IMG/VR virus record: IMGVR_UViG_3300037722_000144
Span: 1 to 42,221 of that record
Reading direction: 5' to 3' (one strand)
DNA: 42,221 nt
Origin: a virus
Taxonomy: Duplodnaviria > Caudoviricetes
Below are positions 17,924 to 26,417 of this stretch, one piece after another; position 1 is the stretch's first letter, and every line of letters begins with the position of its first letter. The translations under genes were made by a program, and so were the position numbers. The notes under the pieces are model-generated. The model made no database searches and was not told the origin of the DNA. It saw only the letters and a list, made by a program, of their open reading frames with translations.

Positions 17924-18223
17924 TCAGTCATTATCTTGTTTATTTTCTAAAACCTCAATCTTAATTGCGCGAAATCCTTTATTATCTTCCTGTTCAACTG
18001 CATAAAATTCTACTTCCATTCCCTCTTCTAATTTAGGAAATCGAATAGTATCTTGTTCAAGAGCAGTCCAATGAAAAAAAATCTTTTCGAATGGAATATC
18101 TTTACTAGTAACAAAACCCCATCCTTCATTTGAAAGTTTGAAAATCTTTCCAATAGTCTTTTCATTCTTAATTGGTTCATTTTCAATTGGTATACTATTA
18201 TTAAAACGGTCTAGAATTCCCAT
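17924..18223 (-). CDS. Cold-shock domain (OB-fold) protein
   Basis: GKIFKL..EGWGFV (RNP1-like), IFFHWTAL (RNP2-like), LEEGMEVEF...KGFRA. Confidence 0.85.
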   Translation of the reverse strand: MGILDRFNNSIPIENEPIKNEKTIGKIFKLSNEGWGFVTSKDIPFEKIFFHWTALEQDTIRFPKLEEGMEVEFYAVEQEDNKGFRAIKIEVLENKQDND

Positions 18224-18228
18224 TATTT

Positions 18229-18444
18229 TTATTCTCCTAATTTTTCCACCGTGTTAAAATCTTCTAACATATCTACGCAATAACAATCACCATCTTCTAT
18301 TCTATCCAGCATTTTCTTTGCTAAAAATTTACCAAAGTTTAATAATTCATAATTTCTGGATGTTGTTTGATACTCTTTTTGATAATCATAAATTGCATTT
18401 TTAAGAACCATTTGATTCTTTAACATTGCTTCGTCTATTATCAT
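18229..18444 (-). CDS. Hypothetical protein
   Basis: Coupled ORF. Confidence 0.55.
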   Translation of the reverse strand: MIIDEAMLKNQMVLKNAIYDYQKEYQTTSRNYELLNFGKFLAKKMLDRIEDGDCYCVDMLEDFNTVEKLGE

Positions 18445-18626
18445 GGTTTCTTTCCTAGTTGATTGGTTTGAAACATTACTTTCAGATATTCATTTAGATT
18501 ATTCAGAACCTCTGCTTCTAAAACGATAGTGTTAGTTATTGCAATTCCATTTTTGGTAGTTAATATAATTTCATAATTATTATATTTTACGTATACGCCA
18601 TCTCCAATGTATTGTTTATTAGTCAT
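18441..18626 (-). CDS. Hypothetical protein (YIGDGVY motif)
   Basis: GAGG RBS; ORF. Confidence 0.65.
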   Translation of the reverse strand: MTNKQYIGDGVYVKYNNYEIILTTKNGIAITNTIVLEAEVLNNLNEYLKVMFQTNQLGKKP

Positions 18627-18635
18627 AGTTACCTC

Positions 18636-18694
18636 AAAAACGGGTAGGTGGTAATTTTTACGGCTACTTTGTAGCTAAGTTTTACCACCTACCC
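18636..18694 (-). terminator. Long stem-loop with U-tract (terminator or 3' domain of a structured RNA)
   Basis: GGGTAGGTGGTAA (18642-18654) / TTACCACCTACCC (18682-18694), followed on the - strand by GTTTTT. Confidence 0.6.
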
Positions 18695-18798
18695 TACTCA
18701 TCGGTTAATCCAGTTAGCTTACTTTACTAGTTGGGGTGTATTCTTCTGGTATGAGTCAGTAAATACACCTTATGACCTAAATTTATAGGTCGCGCGTT

Positions 18799-18990
18799 TT
18801 AGCTTTCCTTCTTTTCCGATGAATCTTCTTCTTCTTCTTCTTCTTCTTCTATTTCTACATCCTCATCTACATTTTCTTCAGATTCGCAATCTGATTCAGG
18901 ATTGTCATCATTTACTAAATCTGCCATATCGCCCATCTTGAAATATTCAGACTTGTTAGCCTTCATATCTTCAATTTCAAAAGATGTCAT
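18799..18990 (-). CDS. Small highly acidic protein
   Basis: GGGAG RBS; D/E-rich with a poly-E run. Confidence 0.6.
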   Translation of the reverse strand: MTSFEIEDMKANKSEYFKMGDMADLVNDDNPESDCESEENVDEDVEIEEEEEEEEDSSEKKES

Positions 18991-19026
18991 TTATTTTCTC
19001 CCTTATTACTAAAATTAAAATCAAAT

Positions 19027-19431
19027 TTAGGACCGATTCTTCCTATACTTATGATTTACACGATTTCGAATTCGTCCTTCATAAGTTTCATTCTCTACAA
19101 ATGCCTCAATAGTCTTTCCAGATGCAGATTGCAAATCGTATCGTGCATTTGCTGCAATATCTACTCCAAGACTGGACAAGAATCCTTCAATAAAACCACG
19201 TGCTTTTGGTTTATCGTTGAATTGCAATGTTACAGGAACTCCTGCAATACCCTCGGTTTCATTGGTATCTGCATTGTTGAGAACAATACATTCCATGAGA
19301 CAATTATTTGAATCTCCTGCTTTTGTAGGAGACCACTCGGATACACTATCAATTCGGAGTTTATACCAAGATGGGGGAAGAATTTTGTTACGGAGAAGGT
19401 CTGAGTCTGAGAAAGATACTGTGGTTGGCAT
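19027..19431 (-). CDS. Putative ssDNA-binding protein (DUF669-like)
   Basis: LPPSWYKLRI...GKTIEAFVENETYEGRIRNRV pattern; directly downstream of the Sak4-like ATPase. Confidence 0.6.
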   Translation of the reverse strand: MPTTVSFSDSDLLRNKILPPSWYKLRIDSVSEWSPTKAGDSNNCLMECIVLNNADTNETEGIAGVPVTLQFNDKPKARGFIEGFLSSLGVDIAANARYDLQSASGKTIEAFVENETYEGRIRNRVNHKYRKNRS

Positions 19432-19492
19432 TGTTTGTTTGCTCCTGTTGTGTTGTTAGGTTGTTGTGTTATTGGTTAGAGGTTAAAAACTT

Positions 19493-20305
19493 TTAAAACT
19501 TAGTCACAACTTCTGGACTAAGTTTCATTTTGTCAATTGCCGGTTTTAAAAACGTATCATAAAGAGGTTCATTTCCAAATATAATTTTCTGTGGTAATTC
19601 TAAAGACGTGCGCGCGAAGTCTGAACCCGTATGAACTGTTAGTAATCCATAATTACCTTCTTTTTCCATATCCATTTCTTGTTCAATATTGAAATGATAA
19701 ACTTCGGAACAGTAAGAAGGAATTTTTGCACTGATAATCTGTCCACCCGTAACAATAATACGCGCAAAATGCGTAGAACCCTTAGCAGACTCACCCTGAC
19801 GCGCGCCAATTACATGTGCAATTAGAATAATATTAACTCCGTGAAAGTTATTAATATCTTTTAGTATTGATATTAATTCTTGAAAAGCAGAGGCTTCAGC
19901 TTTATAATCATCCATTGTATTAACAGGAATACCACCGATTGACATTCCTTTTTCACCACCTGATTTATTAGTAGTGCCCATTTTAGAGCGTAGTGTTTGT
20001 CTATTAATTACGTCAGCACTACTAGTTATACTATCAATGATAACTGTTTTATACTTACAATTAACTTGAAATCCTTCAAGTTTCTTTCTAGCTGAATTCC
20101 ATTCATTGTAATCATCGTAATCAATTTTAGTTTTATCTATTCCCCATTTTTTAGATGGGAGAATTAAAGCATCCATTTTTTGGTCAGTTGATACCCAATA
20201 TTGAGGTAATGGAAAGGAAAGCGCGCATGTTGATTTCCTTGTCCCAGGTTCTCCCTTGAAAAGGCAGAATAAATTCTCTACTGTTACACTTTCAAAAGAT
20301 GGCAT
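19493..20305 (-). CDS. Sak4-like / AAA_24 P-loop ATPase (single-strand annealing)
   Basis: GEPGTRKST Walker A, TVIIDSIT Walker B, NIILIAH; next to nuclease and SSB-like genes. Confidence 0.8.
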   Translation of the reverse strand: MPSFESVTVENLFCLFKGEPGTRKSTCALSFPLPQYWVSTDQKMDALILPSKKWGIDKTKIDYDDYNEWNSARKKLEGFQVNCKYKTVIIDSITSSADVINRQTLRSKMGTTNKSGGEKGMSIGGIPVNTMDDYKAEASAFQELISILKDINNFHGVNIILIAHVIGARQGESAKGSTHFARIIVTGGQIISAKIPSYCSEVYHFNIEQEMDMEKEGNYGLLTVHTGSDFARTSLELPQKIIFGNEPLYDTFLKPAIDKMKLSPEVVTKF

Positions 20306-20321
20306 TTAATCTCCTATAATA

Positions 20322-20409
20322 TGGTGCCGAGAACGGGAATCGAACCCGTATGATTGTTAAAATCGACGGATTTTAAGTCCATTGTGTATACCAGTTCCAC
20401 CATCTCGGC
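20322..20409 (-). tRNA. tRNA-Leu (anticodon TAA)
   Basis: GCCGAGA/TCTCGGC acceptor stem, D-loop TGGTA, anticodon arm ATGGA-CTTAAAA-TCCGT, long variable arm, GGTTCGATTCC, encoded ACCA. Confidence 0.95.
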
Positions 20410-20592
20410 CTAATCTTGATATGAAATGTTCTCTGTTTCTATTATTAATTTTCCGTAACAATAAGAAACTTTAATTGGAACATTTAAGTTATCAATTTTA
20501 ACTAATGCTTCTTTTGGTATTTCTTTCAATTCATCTATTAAATCTTGAACAGTCATTCTAATTATTCTTTTTGACATTTGTCTTTCTTTCAT
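20410..20592 (-). CDS. Hypothetical protein (MTVQDLIDELK-type)
   Basis: Similar in pattern to 16888-17073. Confidence 0.55.
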   Translation of the reverse strand: MKERQMSKRIIRMTVQDLIDELKEIPKEALVKIDNLNVPIKVSYCYGKLIIETENISYQD

Positions 20593-20706
20593 ATTAATAA
20601 CACTTTGTTATCCAATCTTTTTTTACTTTAACATAAATATCATGTCTATAGTATTTAAAGTAACGAATTAAGAATCTAATTAGTTTTCTCATTTAGTTAT
20701 CTTCTC

Positions 20707-20883
20707 TCATTCTCTTTCTGGTAGAAATTTTACTAATTCTTTATACTTATTTATATATTCAGGAAACGCTTTTACTAACTTTTTCTTATTATCTTCATCT
20801 GCTTGTCTTATTAGCCTACCAAGTGAAGATACAAAACCTCCACCAAATTTAATCATGGCTTCAGTTATTTCCCATTCAGTCAT
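20707..20883 (-). CDS. Small hypothetical protein (58 aa)
   Basis: MTEWEITEAMIKFGGGFVSSLGRLIRQADEDNKKKLVKAFPE; AAGGA RBS; not in the ORF track. Confidence 0.65.
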   Translation of the reverse strand: MTEWEITEAMIKFGGGFVSSLGRLIRQADEDNKKKLVKAFPEYINKYKELVKFLPERE

Positions 20884-20886
20884 AGT

Positions 20887-21774
20887 TTATTCCTTCTCAT
20901 CATTAGTTACATCCCACTTTTTACCTACTTCAAAAAATTGTTTTAATGTTTCTTCGCGCATATTCCTATCAGATGAACATACATCTTTAAAAGTGCAGAA
21001 TCCATACTTATTTTCACAGTGTGTAAAATTAGGTGGCCAATACTCAGATTCTTGATACATGAGCATAAGTTTGGCATAGTAGGGAACAATGGTAGATTGC
21101 CATTCTACTAATTGGTCATTTGTATAGTTAATCATTAAACGTGTGAACTTTTCTTCAGGTTTCAAAGATTTTTGGAAACCTATTTTATTTACAAACATTG
21201 AACGAACACCTAAAAGGACACATTGTCCCATGAATTGATTATTTAGCGTTAATGTATCTCTTCGTTGACTCATAGTTTTATGGTCAACTGATGTAATTAA
21301 TTGAGTAGTATCTACAATCCAATCATATTTAGCTTTCCACAAAATTCTAATTTCATCATCTTCATATATGACTGCGCCTTTAACGCATTCAACTTCAAGG
21401 GGAATCCAAAAGTCATTCTTGTAAAAGTCTAAATATTCTTCAGAGGTTTTTAATGCTAATTCTACATCTTCAGAGTTAACATTTCTTGCATCATCTGAAG
21501 ATGCATACGCTTGTCCGGCCGCAAGACCAAAACCTACAGCTTGACTACGAGACATTCCACCTATTATACTTTTATAAAAATTCTCTAACACTGCATGAAC
21601 AATACTACCTTTTATCAAACTAGACGACTTACCTCGAATTGATACAAAAGAATGGTTAAAACGGAAGTCAGTCAAACGCGCGCATGACATTAGTGTTGAA
21701 AATGTAGATGCATCTAGAATAATATTCTTTTTAGGAATTAGAATTTCAGGTGCTTGATTTGAAGATTCAATCAT
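20887..21774 (-). CDS. PD-(D/E)XK nuclease (RecB/Cas4-like exonuclease)
   Basis: SCAR, GSIVHAVLE, EVE, KYD...VDHKT, Q, C-terminal C.....C....C. Confidence 0.85.
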   Translation of the reverse strand: MIESSNQAPEILIPKKNIILDASTFSTLMSCARLTDFRFNHSFVSIRGKSSSLIKGSIVHAVLENFYKSIIGGMSRSQAVGFGLAAGQAYASSDDARNVNSEDVELALKTSEEYLDFYKNDFWIPLEVECVKGAVIYEDDEIRILWKAKYDWIVDTTQLITSVDHKTMSQRRDTLTLNNQFMGQCVLLGVRSMFVNKIGFQKSLKPEEKFTRLMINYTNDQLVEWQSTIVPYYAKLMLMYQESEYWPPNFTHCENKYGFCTFKDVCSSDRNMREETLKQFFEVGKKWDVTNDEKE

Positions 21775-22099
21775 TTATTTTTCCCATTCTATTTTTTATT
21801 TTAATCATACTTACAACGGTTCCTTTTGGAAAGTAAATAGATTTAACCCTATAGTCCATATGAGGTAGAATGTATTCAAGTTCTACTATTTCATGTTCAG
21901 ATATTAATTTATTAAGTTCAAAATTGTAATCTGTAGCTTCAAACTTAAGAGGATTAAGTAAATTCATACAATTTAAGACAAGGTCTACATTTTTTATTCC
22001 AGGTCTGTTACTAATTACTGTAAGAATTACTTCTCTAACATCTGTTTCTTTAGTTTTCATTTCAGTCATTTTATTATTTTTCCATTGAAAATGAACCAA
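21767..22099 (-). CDS. Hypothetical protein (possible winged helix)
   Basis: ORF; likely start near 22069. Confidence 0.55.
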   Translation of the reverse strand: MVHFQWKNNKMTEMKTKETDVREVILTVISNRPGIKNVDLVLNCMNLLNPLKFEATDYNFELNKLISEHEIVELEYILPHMDYRVKSIYFPKGTVVSMIKIKNRMGKIND

Positions 22100-22289
22100 T
22101 TATTGTATGAATTTGTTTATCTATCTTTTCTAATGAAACATTAGTAAGACTTAATTCATTACTTAGAACTTCAAGTAATATTGTTAAAATTTTAGTAGTA
22201 TTATAAGGATATCCGCAAAACATTTCAATATCAATTTTATTACTACTTATCTTAATTTTATCTGAGTCACAATCTACTACTATTATCAT
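22074..22289 (-). CDS. Hypothetical protein
   Basis: Coupled ORF. Confidence 0.5.
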   Translation of the reverse strand: MIIVVDCDSDKIKISSNKIDIEMFCGYPYNTTKILTILLEVLSNELSLTNVSLEKIDKQIHTIIGSFSMEK

Positions 22290-24328
22290 GATACTTTCCT
22301 TTGTTTTTGATTATATTTCTTTACAATACCTTCCGTAAGTTCTTTTACAATATCACCTTGTTTCCATACAGGCATTTCACCACTATTCATTGCATTGTGA
22401 AAGAAACTACGTTTTCTTTCTACAATATCAGCAAGAATTTCATCTACTGTTCCTGCTGCTGTCATAAATATTACATTTACTTGAGAATGTATAGAACCAA
22501 TGCGCCTGAATCTACCCGGCGCGGCCTGGTCTTCATTCTGGGGGTTCCATTGTCTTTCATGAAGTATTGCATCGCCACACGTTTGAAGATTTATACCTTC
22601 ACCTGATGCAAGTGTAGAAGCTATCATAAACGCGCGTGGTATAGTCTGAAAATCTTCCTGTAATTTAAATCTTTCAAGTGAATTTAATTCTGCGGTGAGC
22701 TTCATTACAGGAATATCGAACTTATCTTTCATTTGTTGATGGAGAATTTCGCCTACATCTTTATGATGGACAAAGATTACAAGTTTTCTATCAGTTTCTT
22801 CATAAAAATTCTCTGCAAATTCCATCGTTGCAGGGATTTTACTAAGACCTGTAATATGGCGCATTCGTGCTAGCTTTGCGAGAATATTACTACTATCTCC
22901 AAAGCTATTCATTTCTTCACCGCTGATTACTTTGTCATTAAACCATTTTACAAAATCTGAAACTTCATCATCGTATGTAGTTTGTGAAACATTATCCATT
23001 TCTACAAAGTGTAAAGTTCTATTTACTTCGGGAAGTTCCTTCATAACTTCATTTACTTCTCTACGAATTGCAATATCTTGAATGTATTCTTTAAATTCTT
23101 TAACTTTACGAATTCCACCTTGTTTTACACGGTCTCCATGATTGTAAAAATCTACCCAACGATTCAAGAATCCTTGATAAGATGGAAACTTCATGGGCGC
23201 GAGCATGTTAAGAATTGTAAAGAATTCTGAGCCTCTATTTTTCCAAGGTGTTCCTGATAAGGCTATAACTTGGCAATCTTTTGCAAGCTTACGAACTTGT
23301 TGGGTGCGCGAAGCGTCAGGATTCTTAATTTGTTGACATTCATCAATTATAATGGTCTTAATTCCTCTATCAATAAACTTTTGAATATCAAAACCCTGTT
23401 TAATTTCTTTACCATTTTTGCTCTTACGAGTCTTGAATACCATCATATCGTAGCTGATGATATATGCTTTTAGATTAGGAATAACCCAATCATTACTACT
23501 ATTTATTACTTGAGCAAGGTATTCATCGCCACACCATCTGAGAATTTCCTTAAACCATTGAAATTTAATTCCAGATTTTACTATGAATAAAACAGGTAAT
23601 GCTTCATTATGAAATTTTAAATAGGCTAGTGCTTGGACCGTCTTACCTAGACCCATCTCATCAAATACCGCTGCGCCTTTATTTACTGACAATGCTTGTT
23701 CAATAAATCGCGCGCCGTCTATTTGAAATGGATAAAGAGTTTTATCGTCACTAGACTTTAAAGTTTGAAATGGTGTGCCCTTAGGAATCTTTTTAACTAG
23801 TAGGTGACCGCATTCTAAGAAAATGAATTTCTCATTTGGTTTGAAAGGGTCACTGTTAGTTATGAGATTTTCTCGTAAAGATTTAGCAACCTTACCGCAT
23901 ACTTCGCATTTATCTTGTAAACGTGTAATCTGATATTTTGGGCGGTGAATTACTTCTGTTTCGTAACTTACTTCTACAGTTGCGCCTGAACGAATAGCAT
24001 CAATTATTTCAGGTGAAAAACTAAGATGGGAACAGGGTAGAGTATTAGTGCAACCTAACTCGCGTGCTTTTGCTGCCCAAATTTCATTATGTTGTTCACC
24101 CGGACATAGGGCATGTGCAACTTCGTGCCTAACAGTATTTAAAACTTCAATTTCGGGATGTATGTCAAGGTGATGCGCGTTTAGAATAATACATTTGTCT
24201 TTATAAGAGCATAGTCCTAAAAATGTATTACGTCCTTCAATTTTCTGAGTTAAACGAATGTGCCAGTCTGTTAGATTTTGTTTATCTAATTCTTCTCTGC
24301 ACAGTTTGATTGCGTCTTCTCTAATCAT
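22286..24328 (-). CDS. SprT-like metalloprotease / zinc ribbon / SNF2-family helicase fusion
   Basis: LGLCSY...TVRHEVAHAL...HNEIW...ARELG (SprT); CEVC...CGH; DEMGLGKT, IIDECQ, LSGTP, GEGINLQ, WNP...GRFRRIG. Confidence 0.88.
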   Translation of the reverse strand: MIREDAIKLCREELDKQNLTDWHIRLTQKIEGRNTFLGLCSYKDKCIILNAHHLDIHPEIEVLNTVRHEVAHALCPGEQHNEIWAAKARELGCTNTLPCSHLSFSPEIIDAIRSGATVEVSYETEVIHRPKYQITRLQDKCEVCGKVAKSLRENLITNSDPFKPNEKFIFLECGHLLVKKIPKGTPFQTLKSSDDKTLYPFQIDGARFIEQALSVNKGAAVFDEMGLGKTVQALAYLKFHNEALPVLFIVKSGIKFQWFKEILRWCGDEYLAQVINSSNDWVIPNLKAYIISYDMMVFKTRKSKNGKEIKQGFDIQKFIDRGIKTIIIDECQQIKNPDASRTQQVRKLAKDCQVIALSGTPWKNRGSEFFTILNMLAPMKFPSYQGFLNRWVDFYNHGDRVKQGGIRKVKEFKEYIQDIAIRREVNEVMKELPEVNRTLHFVEMDNVSQTTYDDEVSDFVKWFNDKVISGEEMNSFGDSSNILAKLARMRHITGLSKIPATMEFAENFYEETDRKLVIFVHHKDVGEILHQQMKDKFDIPVMKLTAELNSLERFKLQEDFQTIPRAFMIASTLASGEGINLQTCGDAILHERQWNPQNEDQAAPGRFRRIGSIHSQVNVIFMTAAGTVDEILADIVERKRSFFHNAMNSGEMPVWKQGDIVKELTEGIVKKYNQKQRKVS

Positions 24329-24813
24329 TTATAATCTTGCCAATGAATTGTATTAGCATCCCATTGTTTTGCAATTAAATTGATATGATTATTAAATATG
24401 TCAATCCAATTAAGAAATTCTTTTGAACCTACTGCGTCGTGTTTTCGAATTGCAAATAAAGATTTAATTTTCGCGTATTCAGAACGTTGTCCAGTTTTAT
24501 GAATTGCTACTTTTCCGAACTGAAGAATTATTCCTGCTATATGATAATAATTATTATCATAATTATCATAATAATAATTATAATTATTATTATAATAATT
24601 ATTATTATAATAATTATTATGATTATAAGCGTAAAGTCCCGAATTATTGTCTTTAACTAAATGTGGACCTTCAACCTTTGGTTTCCAAATATAATTTTTA
24701 TTTGATGACATTAAATTACTATCATTTTTATAGAAATTTTTCCATGTTCTATATCCTAATAATGCTTCAGATTCTTCTACTTGTTTAAATTGTTCAAAAT
24801 CTGGTAGGCACAT
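24325..24813 (-). CDS. Hypothetical protein with N/Y-rich insertion
   Basis: GYRTW...GLYAY-[N/Y tract]-IAGII..FGKVAIH..G.RSEYA; AAGGA RBS. Confidence 0.7.
   Translation of the reverse strand: MCLPDFEQFKQVEESEALLGYRTWKNFYKNDSNLMSSNKNYIWKPKVEGPHLVKDNNSGLYAYNHNNYYNNNYYNNNYNYYYDNYDNNYYHIAGIILQFGKVAIHKTGQRSEYAKIKSLFAIRKHDAVGSKEFLNWIDIFNNHINLIAKQWDANTIHWQDYK
24541..24627 (-). repeat. Degenerate trinucleotide repeat (NAT)29
   Basis: 29 consecutive AAT/TAT/GAT/CAT codons. Confidence 0.9.
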
Positions 24814-24829
24814 GATTTATTTTCCTTTG

Positions 24830-24871
24830 TTTTTAGTTTTTTTTTTTTTTTTTTTAGTTTTTAGTTTTTAG
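24830..24871. repeat. T19 homopolymer within TTTTTAG repeats
   Basis: T run at 24837-24855, flanked by TTTTTAG units. Confidence 0.85.
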
Positions 24872-24955
24872 TGAATTCAAGTAACGACAGTAAGGATTAC
24901 AAAATCTTCCCTTACCCTTTCTTCTAATACTGTTACAAATTTTACATATCATAAT

Positions 24956-25729
24956 TTACCTCCCAAACATTCCTCTAAGAACATTTGCAGCTTGTTCTAC
25001 ATTCATGTTACGACTAATTACTAAACTCTGTAAGTTGGGCATAATTAAATTTGCAGGAATATGTGGAAATTCTTTACTAATAACTCCTGCAACTTTAATC
25101 AATTCTGCCTTATTGAATTTTTTAATACTTGGAGCTTTAGGTTTGCTAATTTTTTTATCTGGAATCTTATAATTAACATCTTTCAGCTTAATTTCTGCTC
25201 GCTGTTCAATACGAAGTTTATTTGCTAAATCGTTGTAGTATTGTTGTATAGCACGTTGTTTTGACTGAGCTTCAATCATTGTATCGCGCGCAGCACTTAT
25301 TACGTCTTGAAAATGGGAATGTCTTTCTTCAATGACTTTTGCTAAAGTCATATGTTTTTCAACGATAGCTGTATCAGAGTCAATTGCAGATTTAATATCT
25401 ACAATTGCTACAGTTTCAGCATTGAATATGTCTTGAATGATTTGTATGGATTGGTCTACTTGGCTAGCGCGTGTAAGAGTAGCGCGCGTATTTGATTCAT
25501 TTCGCGATTCTTTAACTCGACTTTCCGCTGAGGCTTTTAATTCTATCTGTGCTATCTTTTCCTTTTCCTGACAATCTAAGCACATTAAAATATTACCATG
25601 AACTATATCGCATGTGCCCGAATTTGAACAGACTTCGCAAGTCGCGCGGTTAGTATGGTCTAATTCGGAATATTTACAAATAGTGCAGATAGTAGAATCT
25701 GTAATTGATTGTTGGAAATGGTGATTCAT
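24956..25729 (-). CDS. Hypothetical protein with N-terminal Cys/His cluster and coiled coil
   Basis: HHF..CTIC....H....CEVC...CLDC, then a helical region. Confidence 0.7.
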   Translation of the reverse strand: MNHHFQQSITDSTICTICKYSELDHTNRATCEVCSNSGTCDIVHGNILMCLDCQEKEKIAQIELKASAESRVKESRNESNTRATLTRASQVDQSIQIIQDIFNAETVAIVDIKSAIDSDTAIVEKHMTLAKVIEERHSHFQDVISAARDTMIEAQSKQRAIQQYYNDLANKLRIEQRAEIKLKDVNYKIPDKKISKPKAPSIKKFNKAELIKVAGVISKEFPHIPANLIMPNLQSLVISRNMNVEQAANVLRGMFGR

Positions 25730-26040
25730 TATTCTAGTCTAAGAAGAGGATTCCTCGTCTTGATAAATTTTTCAATACTACTCTTACCGCTTAGTAATAC
25801 TTCTTCTCGATTAGTTCCAGTTCTACAAAATTCGCACACTGGCCTATCTGTTTCCATATTCAGAGGATTTAATTTCATCACCTCGTCACACTCCCAACAG
25901 ATAGACGCGCGACCTTCTACCATATTTTCAAGGTGTTTAGGCATGTAATGATTACAGTCAGCAATCGCGCATCGCCAGACTTTTACATAGCCTAGTATTA
26001 CCTTAAAATATTTATGAATATGCTTTTTACTTCCTGCCAT
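25729..26040 (-). CDS. Hypothetical zinc-finger protein
   Basis: HIHKY...C...C.H...CWEC...CEFC. Confidence 0.7.
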   Translation of the reverse strand: MAGSKKHIHKYFKVILGYVKVWRCAIADCNHYMPKHLENMVEGRASICWECDEVMKLNPLNMETDRPVCEFCRTGTNREEVLLSGKSSIEKFIKTRNPLLRLE

Positions 26041-26116
26041 CTTATATTACCTAGCTAAACATGTCAAAAGATTGACATCCTTGTCCTATTCTGGTGACAC
26101 CTATACACCTACCCAT

Positions 26117-26145
26117 ATACTACACCCTCCCCCGGGAGATGTCAA
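26117..26145 (-). promoter_or_regulatory. Sigma70-type promoter for the replication operon
   Basis: TTGACA-17 nt-TAGTAT on the - strand, upstream of 26040. Confidence 0.6.
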
Positions 26146-26385
26146 GTACCAAAAGTGTAATTGGCTAAGTTAAGAGAGGAAATTTAATATTTATTATAAA
26201 AAAAAAAAAAAAAAAAAAATAAGAAAACTCTTTCCTTCTTTCGCCGTCCTCGGTTGCCCTTTGGAGCTTGGGGAGGGGGGAGGGGGGTATATAGGGATGT
26301 GTATACGTATGTAGGAATTACACTGTTTAGATATTTCTAATAGAACTTTCGATTTAAATTTGAAATTACAGAGACCGTAAATAGA

Positions 26386-26417
26386 AAAAGGCTAGGTCCG
26401 ATTAAGAACCTAGCCTA
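26386..26417 (-). terminator. Intrinsic terminator after gene 26444-26785
   Basis: AGGCTAGGT...ACCTAGCCT stem followed by a T run on the - strand. Confidence 0.7.

Noticed and set aside
18690-18720. Hammerhead ribozyme core (CCGATGAG on the - strand)
   Set aside because: It deviates from CUGANGA and I could not place the GAAA core and three stems; kept only as a generic structured-RNA candidate.
20322-20409. tRNA as an attP/integration site or prophage boundary
   Set aside because: No integrase or repressor, no duplicated tRNA 3' end and no host genes.
24325-24960. Complete diversity-generating retroelement
   Set aside because: No reverse transcriptase motif and no second copy of the tract differing at adenines was found.
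26039-26067. TTGACA-17-TAAGAT as promoter for gene 25729-26040
   Set aside because: The -10 box overlaps the start codon, so it could not transcribe the full gene; the promoter at 26117-26145 fits better.
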